Positions 27,961-37,941 are shown, counted from the stretch's first letter. The stretch: DNA of 64,000 bases from Gammaproteobacteria bacterium (GCA_965209035.1 OZ242372.1:1536001-1600000), one strand, 5' to 3'. Notes: generated by a model not told the origin, from the sequence alone. Translations and numbers: made by a program.

Positions 27961-29470
27961 AAAAGTAGCGAATCACCGGCAGCCGTAAGCCCCGGCTCTT
28001 ATGGCATCCCGCCGGGCCGGGCTGAAGAAGCTCCTATCCACTTTCACTGACCGCCACAGGTTGCCCGGCTCCTTAGATTGTCCCTCATCTTAAAAAAGTA
28101 GCGAATCACCGGCAGCTGTAACCTCGACTCTTAGGTTATCCGTTGTTCGTTTCCCGGCCGGGGTTTGGTCTCGTCCGTTTTTTCCCTCACTTTATAAGAA
28201 GTAGCGAATCACCGGCAGCCGTAAGCCCCGGCTCTTAGGTTGTTCGTTTCCCGGCCGGGATTTGGTCTTGCACCACCGAGTTTGCCGCGGCCGCCGGTCA
28301 AGTCGTTAGTCGTTTTGGTCCCAGGCTGAACACGACCGAATGCCAAGAATTAATATCTCAATTTTTTCCCTCATCTTAAAGAAGTAGTGAATCACCGGCA
28401 GCCGTAACCTCGACTCTTAGGTTATTCGTTGTCCGTTTCCCGGACGGGGTTTGGTCTCGCCCGTTTTTTCCCTCATCTTAAAAAAGAAGTAGCGAATCAC
28501 CGGCCGCCGTAACCTCGACTCTTAGGTTGTTCGTTTCCCGGACGGGATTTGGTCTCGTCCGTTTTTTCCCTCACCTTAAAAAAGTAGCGAATCACCGGCA
28601 GCCGTAACCTCGACTCTTAGGTTGTCCGTTTCCCGTTTCCCGGGCGGGGTTTGGTCTCGTCCGTTTTTTCCCTCATCTTAAAAAAGTAGCGAATCACCGG
28701 CAGCCGTAACCTCGACTCTTAGGTTGCTCGTTGTCTATCTCCCGACCGGGGTTTGGTCTCGTCCGTTTTTTCTCTCATCTTAAAAAAGTAGCGAATCACC
28801 GGCAGCCGTAACCTCGACTCTTAGGTTATCCGTTGTCCGTTTCCCGGCCGGGGTTTGGTCTCGTCCGTTTTTTCCCTCATCTTAAAAAAGTAGCGAATCA
28901 CCGGCAGCCGTAACCTCGACTCTTAGGCTATCCGTTTTCCGTTTCCCGGCCGGGGTTTGGTCTCGTCTGTTTTTTTCCTCACTTTATAAGAAGTCGCGAA
29001 TCACCGGCAGCCGTAACCTCGTCTCTTAGGTTATCCGTTGTCCGTTTCCCGACCGGGGTTTGGTCTCGTCCGTTTTTTCCCTCATCTTAAAAAAGTAGCG
29101 AATCACCGGCAGCCGTAACCTCGACTCTTAGGTTATCCGTTGTCCGTTTCCCGGACGGGGTTTGGTCTTGCACCACCGAGTTTGCCGCGGCCGCCGCCGG
29201 TCAAGTCGTTAGTCGTTTTGGTCCCAGGCTGAACATCACCGAATGCCAAAAATTAATATCTCAATTTTTTCCCTCATCTTAAAAAAGCAGCGAATCACCG
29301 GCAGCCGGCAGCCATAAACCCCCGGCTCTTATGGCATCCCGCCGGGCTGGGTTAGGTTGGGCTGACCCGGGCCGGGCTGAAGAATCTCCTATCCACTTTC
29401 ACTGACCGCCACAGGTTGCCTGGCTCTTAGATTAGATTGCCCGGCTCTTAGATTGACCGTTTCCCGACCG
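27854..29470 (+). repeat. ~1.6-kb nested tandem array (12 copies of an anchor, ~95-105 bp core unit) derived from pfkB 3' end and flank
   Basis: gcgaatcaccggc anchor at 27968, 28101, 28204, 28387 (gtg variant), 28492, 28587, 28689, 28791, 28893, 28996, 29098, 29290. Confidence 0.97.
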
Positions 29471-29544
29471 GAGGAGAGGAAAGGAAAGGAGAGGGATGGG
29501 TAGTCCCTGCAGACAAGTTTTTTTATTTTGTATCGTCAGTTTCT

Positions 29545-29769
29545 TGTTAATGATTGTTGATAACTTGTTGGTAATCTGCCTGTAAGTTCCCGCTAAATTC
29601 TCAATAAGTTGTTTGGCATCTGTTATTATCTTGTTGGTAACTGCTTGGTTGTCTCTTTTTTGTGAACAGAAAATGTGCATTACCTGTTGATTAATTGTCG
29701 ATAACCCGTCTGTCTTTGTCGTCTTCTTGTGGATTAACAACTCTTTGGTTGTTTGTTACTTGTCGATAA
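29545..29769. promoter_or_regulatory. Cluster of DnaA-box-like 9-mers (candidate oriC / DARS / datA-like)
   Basis: TGTTGATAA 29555, TGTTGGTAA 29566 and 29632, TGTGCATTA 29674, TGTTGATTA 29685, TGTCGATAA 29696 and 29761, TGTGGATTA 29728; same strand, AT-rich. Confidence 0.55.
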
Positions 29770-29826
29770 CCCGGGGTTTTTCTTTATACTTTACTTGTTT
29801 TGCCTCTGTTTTGCCCCGTTTTGTCT

Positions 29827-29869
29827 TGCGGACCTGCGGACCTGCGGACCTGCGGACCTGCGGACCTGC
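29827..29869. repeat. 8-bp simple sequence repeat (tgcggacc)x5
   Basis: Direct reading. Confidence 0.95.
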
Positions 29870-29984
29870 AGACGAAAGGCGGGTGCGGGGAGTACGCTTA
29901 TGCGTCTATGCCGGGCACAGGCATCCCCCCTGTTTCCCGGCCCCCGGCGAGAAACAAGGGTGTTGTTTAAGAAGGTTAAAACTG

Positions 29985-32552
29985 TTAGAACAGTTCTTTC
30001 AGAGCCCGTTCTGTTTTCTCTTTTTGAGAGGAGTTGATTTGGTTTTCGGCTTTTATTCCCGCTTGTGTTGGGAACAGATAGTGATAGTTGACAAATTCCG
30101 TATTTTTTTGCGCGCGTTCTATAGATTTGTTCAGATGATCCGCGGGAACATATTCGGTGAACTTAATTCCCGGCGAGTTGGCGTTTCGCGGTGGTATGGA
30201 AACACTGAATTCCAACAGGTTTTCGGGCTTGGCAAAATCATAGGTTGAGACGCCGCGCAAAGCGGGGCGCATGAAGTCTATCCATATTGGCAAGGACGCC
30301 ACACCGCCAAATTCGCGCGGCCCCAGAGTGGCGGGTCGATCAAAACCAACCCAACTGACCGCAGCAAGACTCGGGTGGTAACCCGCAAACCAAGCATCCG
30401 CATATTCCTGCGTGGTTCCTGTTTTTCCTGCCAGATCTTCCCGCTTCAAAACACCGGCGGCGATGGCGGTTCCTCGTTTAACCACATCTTTGAGAACGGA
30501 ATGGATTTGATAATGGGTGGCAGGTTCCAGGACGCGTTGGACGAACTGTGTGTTGATATGCGGTTTACACGCATCACAACCCAACGCCTTGCGTTCTTTT
30601 GTCGATAAAAGATCATTAATTCCTTCGCTGTTGCATATTCGGCATTTTTTGCTACCGGGAGTATTCTGTCCGACATAGGTCGGAGTAACCGCTTGAGACG
30701 GATGTTGGTATAGAATTTCCCCTTCGCGCGATTCCACACGCTCTATGACATAGGGGTCTATCAGATAACCGCCGTTGGCAAAAACTCCGTAGGCTCTGAC
30801 AACTTCGTAAGGGGTGAGTCCGCTGCTGCCGAGCGCGAGTGAGGCGTCTCTCGGAAGATGCTGTTTGGGAAAACCGAATTTCTCCATAAAATTGCGCGTA
30901 TTGTCAACTCCCAGATCTCCTATCAGGCGTATGCTCACCAGATTACGCGAGCGATACAATCCTTGCCGCAACGGGATGTAGCCAAGAAAGCTGTCGCCGA
31001 CATTACTGGGACGCCAAACAAAATTGTCGGCTGCTTTGCCGACCAGGGGCGCGTCACGATAAATGTCGGCACCCGTATAGCCTTTTTCAAACGCATAAGC
31101 ATAAATGAAAGGTTTGATAGCGGATCCTATTTGACGCCTGGCTTGAATGGCGCGATTAAACTCGGAACGTTGAAAGTGGTAGCCGCCGACCATCGCAACT
31201 GTTTTGCCGTTGCGCGGATTCGTCGCTATGAATGCCCCTTCGGCTGCGGGCAATTGCGCGAGTTGAAAGGTATTTTTTGTGCCTCGCATTGGCGTTATTC
31301 TGACCATGTCGCCGACGGATAAAATGTCCGCCGCCGTTTTGGGCGACGGTCCCCTCTTCTGCACCGAGATGTAGGGAGCCGCCCATTTCAATCCTTTCCA
31401 GTCCAGATTAACGGCGGAGCCGTCCGACAGGATCACCGATACCGATTGTTCGCGCACTTCGCGCACAATAGCCGGCTCCAAAGAGCCGTCATAACTTGAT
31501 ACTTCCGCCAGGTTTTTCAAGATTTTTACATATGCGGGATTGTCCGGGTTGAACTGATCGCTCTCGGTCAGTTCTTCAAATTGTTGTTCGCTGCCGCGCC
31601 AGCCATGGCGTCTGTCATATGCAAGGATGCCGGCGCGCACGGCCAGGTTTGCCTGTTTTTGCAGATCCTTGCGGATGGTCGTGTAAACGCTGTAGCCGGC
31701 GGTATAAATCTCTTCTTGCACGATACCGTATTTTTTCGGCGCATCCAAAAGAGCAATGCGAGCCCTTTCCGCCGGATAGTTTGCTTCCACCGCGGTGGTG
31801 TAATCGTAAGGAGCCGCACTGAGCGGTTCCGCGACGGCGGACAGGTATTGACCCCGGGAAATATAACCCAAGTGGGCCATGCGGGATAACACCCAGTCGC
31901 GTCGTTCTTTTGCTCTTTTCGGGTTGGAAATCGGATTAAGACCCGAAGGCGCTTTGGGCAGGGCGGCAAGCATTGCATGTTGAGATAAAGAAAGTTTTGA
32001 AAGATCCTTGTTGTAGTAGGTCTGTGCGGCGGCGGCCATTCCATAGGATTTGAAACCAAGAAAAATCTTATTAATGTAGAGAGAGAAAATTTCTTCTTTG
32101 TTCAGAGTGCGCTCCATTTTGATTGCCAATAGTATTTCGTTCAGTTTGCGAATAATCGTTCGCTCTCTGGTCAGATAGTAGTTGCGCGCCACTTGCATCG
32201 TAATTGTGCTGGCACCTGTTTGATTTTTGCTTTGGGTAACCAGTTGTATGACGGCACGTGCCAAACCCCTGAGGTCCAGCCCAAAATGCCGAAAGAATCT
32301 GCTGTCTTCCGCGGATAGCAAGGCGTTGATTAGCGACTGAGGGACATCTTCAAAGTTAATCGGGGTGCGTTTGATTGAGCCTATTTGTGTGATGAGTTCT
32401 CCTTCGGCGGTCAGCATGCGCAGAGGTTGCAGATAACGGACATCGCGCAGTTCGTCCACATTGGGCAGACGCACAAACAAAATGATACAGAATAAAATGA
32501 TGGTTAAACTCAACCACATGACAGGGTAAAGAAAGAATCGTAAAAGCCTCAT
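29985..32552 (-). CDS. mrcA: Penicillin-binding protein 1A
   Basis: EDSRFFRHFG, GASTITMQVARN, RQIGSAIKP (SxxK), SRN, GKTGTT. Confidence 0.96.
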   Translation of the reverse strand: MRLLRFFLYPVMWLSLTIILFCIILFVRLPNVDELRDVRYLQPLRMLTAEGELITQIGSIKRTPINFEDVPQSLINALLSAEDSRFFRHFGLDLRGLARAVIQLVTQSKNQTGASTITMQVARNYYLTRERTIIRKLNEILLAIKMERTLNKEEIFSLYINKIFLGFKSYGMAAAAQTYYNKDLSKLSLSQHAMLAALPKAPSGLNPISNPKRAKERRDWVLSRMAHLGYISRGQYLSAVAEPLSAAPYDYTTAVEANYPAERARIALLDAPKKYGIVQEEIYTAGYSVYTTIRKDLQKQANLAVRAGILAYDRRHGWRGSEQQFEELTESDQFNPDNPAYVKILKNLAEVSSYDGSLEPAIVREVREQSVSVILSDGSAVNLDWKGLKWAAPYISVQKRGPSPKTAADILSVGDMVRITPMRGTKNTFQLAQLPAAEGAFIATNPRNGKTVAMVGGYHFQRSEFNRAIQARRQIGSAIKPFIYAYAFEKGYTGADIYRDAPLVGKAADNFVWRPSNVGDSFLGYIPLRQGLYRSRNLVSIRLIGDLGVDNTRNFMEKFGFPKQHLPRDASLALGSSGLTPYEVVRAYGVFANGGYLIDPYVIERVESREGEILYQHPSQAVTPTYVGQNTPGSKKCRICNSEGINDLLSTKERKALGCDACKPHINTQFVQRVLEPATHYQIHSVLKDVVKRGTAIAAGVLKREDLAGKTGTTQEYADAWFAGYHPSLAAVSWVGFDRPATLGPREFGGVASLPIWIDFMRPALRGVSTYDFAKPENLLEFSVSIPPRNANSPGIKFTEYVPADHLNKSIERAQKNTEFVNYHYLFPTQAGIKAENQINSSQKEKTERALKELF

Positions 32553-32626
32553 TTTTATATTGCGATGTGCGTTAGATCAATGCTCGTTAGATTTTAGTCA
32601 GTTAGTTAGATTGCTCTATTCGGCAC

Positions 32627-33430
32627 CTATTGGATTGGTGTCCGCAGGCGCCTTGCCGTCGTGTTCGGCTGCTTCTGTTCCCCGGTTCCGCCGGCTTGCG
32701 GCTGTTGTTTGATGCCAAGTTTTTCCATCAATGCCCGATAGGTTTCGCCGAGATCGCCAAGATCATAGCGAAAGACATCCTTATCAAAGCGGCGGCTTGA
32801 TTCTTTTCCCCAAAAACGACAACTGTCCGGGGTGATTTCATCTCCCAGAAAGAGGTCGTTTTTGTCTTGAGCCGGCCCCGGCCGAACACCAAACTCCAAC
32901 TTAAAGTCGATGAGATCTATGCCGTAATCCGCCAACAGAGGCATTAAGTGGCGATTGACTTCCAGACTGAGTTCCGTCCCTCTTTTTACCTGTTCCGGGG
33001 TTGCCAACTCCAAAAGTTTGATGTGCGAAGTATTGATCAGGGGATCACCGAGGCGATCGTCTTTAAGAAAATATTCGCAGACGGGTTGCTTGAATGCGGT
33101 TCCTTTTGCAATTCCCAAACGCTTACAAATACTGCCGGCGGCGATGTTACGGACAACGAATTCTATTTTCAGCATATTCAAGCGCACCGCCAAACTTTCG
33201 CGCTCGTTGAGTATCACTCGGTGATGCACCGGCAGTCCCGCTTTGGCAAGGCGCTCCATAAAATGCGCATTGATCCGATTATTGTAAATACCCTTCTTAT
33301 CGCAGGTTGCCCGTTTTTTGCCGTCAAATGCGGTTAACTCATCGAGAAAATGTAAAACAATGATCTTGGGGTCATTCGTTGCGAAGATACTTTTGCTTTT
33401 ACCGGTGTACAGGTGTTCGGTTTTTTGCAT
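32627..33430 (-). CDS. purC: SAICAR synthase
   Basis: LYTGKSK, EFVVRNIAAGS, KDDRLGDP, DFKLEFG, DEITPDSCRFW, DKDVFR. Confidence 0.97.
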   Translation of the reverse strand: MQKTEHLYTGKSKSIFATNDPKIIVLHFLDELTAFDGKKRATCDKKGIYNNRINAHFMERLAKAGLPVHHRVILNERESLAVRLNMLKIEFVVRNIAAGSICKRLGIAKGTAFKQPVCEYFLKDDRLGDPLINTSHIKLLELATPEQVKRGTELSLEVNRHLMPLLADYGIDLIDFKLEFGVRPGPAQDKNDLFLGDEITPDSCRFWGKESSRRFDKDVFRYDLGDLGETYRALMEKLGIKQQPQAGGTGEQKQPNTTARRLRTPIQ

Positions 33431-33434
33431 TTGA

Positions 33435-34061
33435 TTATTCTAATCCGATATAGTTGTCGCGCACCTTATTTAGTAACTCAAATCCTGTTTCGTTTATCAG
33501 TTTTGTGGCGGCGGCTTTTTCTTTTTTCTTACGCCTCTTAGGTTTGCCCGGCTTGCCTGTTGGTGCAAGTCCGTCAAGGTGAACGAAAATAATATTTCCA
33601 TCGGCTCGAACCCGGACTTCAAACGCTTCCAAGTTCGCATCCGCGGGTTCTTCTCGGCGGAAAATACTCGCTTCGGGTCCGGCAACAAACCCTTCGTTCT
33701 TAAGTGCGAGTTGAATATCATCAATATCTTCGGCAAAGATCGGCCGGATGAGCAGAGAGGGCCTTTTTTGAGTGCTGTATCCCAAACTGACGGACTGCAC
33801 GGATTGTTTTTTGTTTTGTTGAATTGTTTCGGTATATGGTTCCGGCGGCTCCCCGATGAAAGAAGGATGCGGTAACGGAATTCTAACAAAGATGACCTCG
33901 TCTTCGGCGGCATCTTTTGGCGCCAAGACATATTCGGAATCGGGGTTTTCTCCCGGTAGCGGCCGATAGTGCAGGTCCGGCGCACCCAAGAAGCCATCCC
34001 GTTTGGCGGAACACGCGACGATAGGAAGGATAACCAAAATAACCGGCAGAAGTTTTTTCAA
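33435..34061 (-). CDS. Lipoprotein in the bamC/nlpB position
   Basis: Signal peptide with lipobox IVAC; lies between dapA and purC. Confidence 0.6.
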   Translation of the reverse strand: MKKLLPVILVILPIVACSAKRDGFLGAPDLHYRPLPGENPDSEYVLAPKDAAEDEVIFVRIPLPHPSFIGEPPEPYTETIQQNKKQSVQSVSLGYSTQKRPSLLIRPIFAEDIDDIQLALKNEGFVAGPEASIFRREEPADANLEAFEVRVRADGNIIFVHLDGLAPTGKPGKPKRRKKKEKAAATKLINETGFELLNKVRDNYIGLE

Positions 34062-34093
34062 AATAAATTCTTAATGAATGCTTCTTATTCTTA

Positions 34094-34999
34094 TTAATGA
34101 AGAGGCGAAAGGCTGTTCCCTTCCATTTTCAAGGCGGTATTTACCCGAGGTTCGTGTGCCGCCGACAAGGGTGTCAGGGGCAAGCGCAGGAAGTTTTGGA
34201 TCATCTTCCTTTGCGACAGAGCATACTTTACCGGGATCGGATTGGCTTCCAAAAACAGAGTATCGTGCAGAAATGAGAGTTGTTTTTGCAGTGCGAGTGC
34301 CTCCTTCGTCTTGCCGGTTGTCGCCAGTTCGCAAAGGAGATGCATTTTCTTTGGTTCCACATTGGCGGTAACAGAGATGCAACCCCTTGCCCCGTTTAGC
34401 ATCAGGTCGCAACAGGTGATGTCATCGCCGGATAGGACCAGAAAATCATTGCCGCAAATATTATGGATGCTTTTGACGCGACGAATATCGCCGGTGGCTT
34501 CTTTAATTCCGATGATATTTTTGTGACCGGCAATGTCGCCGAGTGTTTCCGGCATGAGATCCGTAATTGTCCGGGACGGAACATTGTATACAATCTGCGG
34601 GATATTCACCGCCTCGGCAATGGCGGAGAAATGTTTTACCAGGCCGTTTTGTGTCGGCTTGTTGTAGTAAGGAACAATCAACATGACCGCATCCGCACCG
34701 CATTCCTTGGCATAAGTTGTCAGGTCTATCGCCTCTCGAGTGGAATTGGAACCGGTGCCGGCGATGACCGGAATCCGCCCGTTTATTCTGTTGGTGATAT
34801 GTGCGATGACTTGTTTGTGTTCCTCGTTATTCAGAGTTGGCGATTCCCCGGTGGTGCCGACGGCTACAATCCCGTCTGTTTTTTCATCCAGATGCCATTC
34901 CAGCAGGTTGTTCAAAGAGTCCCAGTCTATGGCTCCGCCTTCCAACATCGGTGTTACCAAAGCCACAAGACTGCCGCACAGATCGCGGTGATTGTTCAT
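34094..34999 (-). CDS. dapA: 4-hydroxy-tetrahydrodipicolinate synthase
   Basis: GTTGESPTL, PYYNKPTQ, YNVPSRT, IKEATGD, NPIPVK. Confidence 0.98.
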   Translation of the reverse strand: MNNHRDLCGSLVALVTPMLEGGAIDWDSLNNLLEWHLDEKTDGIVAVGTTGESPTLNNEEHKQVIAHITNRINGRIPVIAGTGSNSTREAIDLTTYAKECGADAVMLIVPYYNKPTQNGLVKHFSAIAEAVNIPQIVYNVPSRTITDLMPETLGDIAGHKNIIGIKEATGDIRRVKSIHNICGNDFLVLSGDDITCCDLMLNGARGCISVTANVEPKKMHLLCELATTGKTKEALALQKQLSFLHDTLFLEANPIPVKYALSQRKMIQNFLRLPLTPLSAAHEPRVNTALKMEGNSLSPLH

Positions 35000-35165
35000 A
35001 TTAAAATTTCAAACACTTTAATGAACGAGTGCCGAGCATTGTATTGTTGTGTATCCGCCGAAGGAACTTTTATTCCCTTCCCTGCCCTTTTCTTTTAAGG
35101 ATATTTGAGAAATCATAAGACCATTATAAGAATAATTTTAGTAAATCCTGTCTATAATAAACCTT

Positions 35166-35486
35166 ATGAGTTTATTGAACGGATTATCACCTCTTGCGAG
35201 TGTTCTTTTAATTTATGTTTTGACCGGTCTTGTTTTTGGCTTATTTTTTGTGTTGCGTATTGCCGGTTTGTTGGATGTGCATGCAAAAGGCGGGACTATC
35301 GGGTTTCGCTTAATGATACTGCCGGCAGCCGTTATTCTTTGGCCTCTTTTGTTGGGCATCTCTTCCTTTAAGGGCGGCTGTTATATGATCCGGAAAATAC
35401 GCAACATAATAGATGAGAAAAAAAAGAAAGGGAGAAGCCTAGAAATACAAGAGGAAATACAAGAGGAAACACAAGAGGAAAAATGA
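35166..35486 (+). CDS. Small membrane protein, gene 1 of redox module
   Basis: Two TM segments, GFRLMILP.AVILWPLLL; ATGA-coupled to next ORF. Confidence 0.7.
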   Translation: MSLLNGLSPLASVLLIYVLTGLVFGLFFVLRIAGLLDVHAKGGTIGFRLMILPAAVILWPLLLGISSFKGGCYMIRKIRNIIDEKKKKGRSLEIQEEIQEETQEEK

Positions 35487-35674
35487 AGTTTTATCACCGT
35501 AAAATCCATCTGTTTGTATGGTCTTTGCTCGCAGTGTTGTTTGCCGGCGTCTTGTGGGTGATGTCGGAAATTAACTTAATTTCCGAGGCAGTTCTTGGCG
35601 AGGATGCTCCCAATCTTCCCAAGGAAATGAATTTCAAAGGAATTTTGGAAGAAAGCAAAAACACCGGGTCATGA
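35483..35674 (+). CDS. Small single-TM protein, gene 2 of redox module
   Basis: HRKIHLFVW then TM; 4-bp overlaps on both sides. Confidence 0.65.
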   Translation: MKFYHRKIHLFVWSLLAVLFAGVLWVMSEINLISEAVLGEDAPNLPKEMNFKGILEESKNTGS

Positions 35675-36714
35675 GTGCGGATTATCAGGCCGTCGGCTGG
35701 AACAAGTTCAAGATCGGTTACGACCTTTTCATATTCTGTGCGGTCTTGTTGTACTTGGGCGGATTCATCATTGTCAGCATTGCCTTTTACAGATTTCCCC
35801 AAGAAATTAGCCCTCTCATCATCCTCATTCGCGCGTTTGGCACCTGTGCGTTTATTTTGTTACACTTTATTTTGCTCATAGGTCCTCTGGCAAGGGTTTC
35901 GTCACTTTTTAAGCCGTTACTTTACAATCGCCGCCATTTGGGCGTGACGATGTTCTTGATCGCCACCGCGCATATTTTCTTTGTTATGGTTTGGTATCAC
36001 GGCTATGGTGTTTTAATCCCACTCTTGTCCGTGTTTGTGAGTAATCCGAATTACTCGGATCTTGCCCGGTTCCCGTTTGAAATTTTTGGAGTGGCCGCTT
36101 ATGTGATCATTCTCGCGATGGCACTGACCAGTCACGACTTCTGGTTAAAGTTGTTCGGCGCGCCAGTCTGGAAGCTGCTGCATATGGGGGTTTATGTCGC
36201 TTATTTTCTCCTCGTATCCCATGTGCTGTTTGGTTATGTGCGAGCGGAGTCCTCCGTGGCGATGTTTTACACAGTGGCGGGCGGTGCCGGTCTGCTGGTT
36301 TTTGTCCATCTGCTGGCGGGAATAAAAGAAGCGATGGCGGACAAGCGGACGCGCGGCGAAGGAGAATGGACGCCTCTTTGTCGTGCCGATGCGTTGGAGA
36401 ATGAAAGGGGAATGGGGTTCACGCTGAAAAAAGGAGACAAGGTGGCGGTTTTTCGCTACGATAACCGTCGTATTTGTGCCGTTGCCAACGCCTGTGCGCA
36501 TCAAAACGGTCCTCTTTGCGAGGGCAGAATTATTGGCGGTAAAATTGTCTGTCCTTGGCATGGTTACGAATATGAGCCGGCAACCGGTTGCTCGCCGCCG
36601 CCTTTTACGGAACGCATCCCCGTTTACGAGGTGCGTATCCGGAAAGGGACAGTGGAAGTGCGCGACGAGCCGCTTCCTTTGGGGAGTAAAGTCAAGCCGG
36701 CGGTGATGCGTTAG
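35671..36714 (+). CDS. Ferric-reductase/MsrQ-like TM domain fused to Rieske [2Fe-2S] domain
   Basis: RRHLG, TSHD, WKLLH; Rieske CAHQNGPL..CPWHG. Confidence 0.88.
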   Translation: MSADYQAVGWNKFKIGYDLFIFCAVLLYLGGFIIVSIAFYRFPQEISPLIILIRAFGTCAFILLHFILLIGPLARVSSLFKPLLYNRRHLGVTMFLIATAHIFFVMVWYHGYGVLIPLLSVFVSNPNYSDLARFPFEIFGVAAYVIILAMALTSHDFWLKLFGAPVWKLLHMGVYVAYFLLVSHVLFGYVRAESSVAMFYTVAGGAGLLVFVHLLAGIKEAMADKRTRGEGEWTPLCRADALENERGMGFTLKKGDKVAVFRYDNRRICAVANACAHQNGPLCEGRIIGGKIVCPWHGYEYEPATGCSPPPFTERIPVYEVRIRKGTVEVRDEPLPLGSKVKPAVMR

Positions 36715-36743
36715 AAAAAGAGCGAATACCGATTAACGAACAG

Positions 36744-37658
36744 ATGAATCCAAAAGACGCTATTTCTAAAGGGCCTCCAAAGCCTCCAAAGCCTCCAAAG
36801 CCTCTAAAGCCTCCAAAGCCTCCAAAGGCAAAAAGGGAGCCGCAGCCGGCCAATCGACAGCAGCCGGTGCCGCGCAAGGACGCGCATGCGGATTTCTTTA
36901 TCGGTTACAAAAAAGTGCCGACCGCTTCCCGGCGCTTTTTCCTTCTTTCCATGCCGTTACTCCTTGCGGGAGGGACAGGTCTGGGGGTGCTATTGGCGCG
37001 TTCTCAGTTAAAACCGGATGCGACCAATTGGGGAAAAGAAGTGATTACTTTGGACGGGATGCTCGTCGCAGACCCCTATCCGCATCTGCTGGTTGCCAAC
37101 CCGAGTGCCGCCGCCGGTTATGATGCGGTGTTTTTGGTAAAAAGAGGGAAATACGGAGCCCAGGCACTGGCAACCGGGAAGACAGGTACTTGGGTGCGAA
37201 CCTCCGGCAAACTGATCAGTCGGCATGACACAGCGTCAAATTATATGTTGGAAGCAACAGACTTGCAACCTCTTGCGCAGTCTGCGAGAACCCCGCCGGG
37301 TGAGGCATCTTTGTTTTCCGACAAGACCTCGGATCTGGGTTTTCATACGCTGCGCGGCCGCATTATGGATAGCAAATGCTATTTCGGGGTGATGAAACCC
37401 GCCGAAGGAATTACGCACAAGGCATGCGCCGCGTTATGTGTTCGCGGGGGCATACCGCCGTTTTTCGTCCCATACGGCGAAGCGGCCGACAGGGTCATTG
37501 TGGTCGCGAATGAACAGGGCATTGCCGATTTTGAGTTTCTGTTGCCGCATATCTTGGATCCTGTGGAACTGCGCGGCAAGTTGGTGGCGGTGAACAATCA
37601 TTATCAGTTGCATGTTGCCGCCGCAGATATTCGGAGTTTGGTTTCTCTTAACTGCTAA
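36744..37658 (+). CDS. Membrane-anchored hypothetical protein with Cys/His motif
   Basis: RR + TM; DSKCYFGVMKP..HKACAALCVRGGIPP; N-terminal (KPP)n from 9-bp repeats. Confidence 0.75.
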   Translation: MNPKDAISKGPPKPPKPPKPLKPPKPPKAKREPQPANRQQPVPRKDAHADFFIGYKKVPTASRRFFLLSMPLLLAGGTGLGVLLARSQLKPDATNWGKEVITLDGMLVADPYPHLLVANPSAAAGYDAVFLVKRGKYGAQALATGKTGTWVRTSGKLISRHDTASNYMLEATDLQPLAQSARTPPGEASLFSDKTSDLGFHTLRGRIMDSKCYFGVMKPAEGITHKACAALCVRGGIPPFFVPYGEAADRVIVVANEQGIADFEFLLPHILDPVELRGKLVAVNNHYQLHVAAADIRSLVSLNC

Positions 37659-37941
37659 ATAACTTAATTAGCCGATCAGCCAAACCGCAAACCCTCTTTA
37701 TTAATTTTGCCCGGACGGGGCGGGTGAGGGTGAGGGACTGACCCGAGCGATGCTTTATTTAAGTGATATAAGTGATTTGGCGATTAACAACCGGCTGAGA
37801 ACAGGCGGTTAATGTTAACCCGGAAGCAAATCACGGACAAACATAAAATACGGAGAAACATCACCCATTACGCTGCCCTTAAAACAAAACAATGCTTTTA
37901 ATTTTGTGGGCGGGTGAGGGTGATTGGTGGGGCGATGTAGG

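Noticed and set aside
27854-29470. CRISPR array
   Set aside because: Sequences between anchors are near-identical, the unit derives from the pfkB end, and no cas genes are in the window.
29432-30248. ORFs across the AT-rich DnaA-box region
   Set aside because: Translations (LSTI, VDN, LRTCGPAD repeats) just mirror the DNA motifs.
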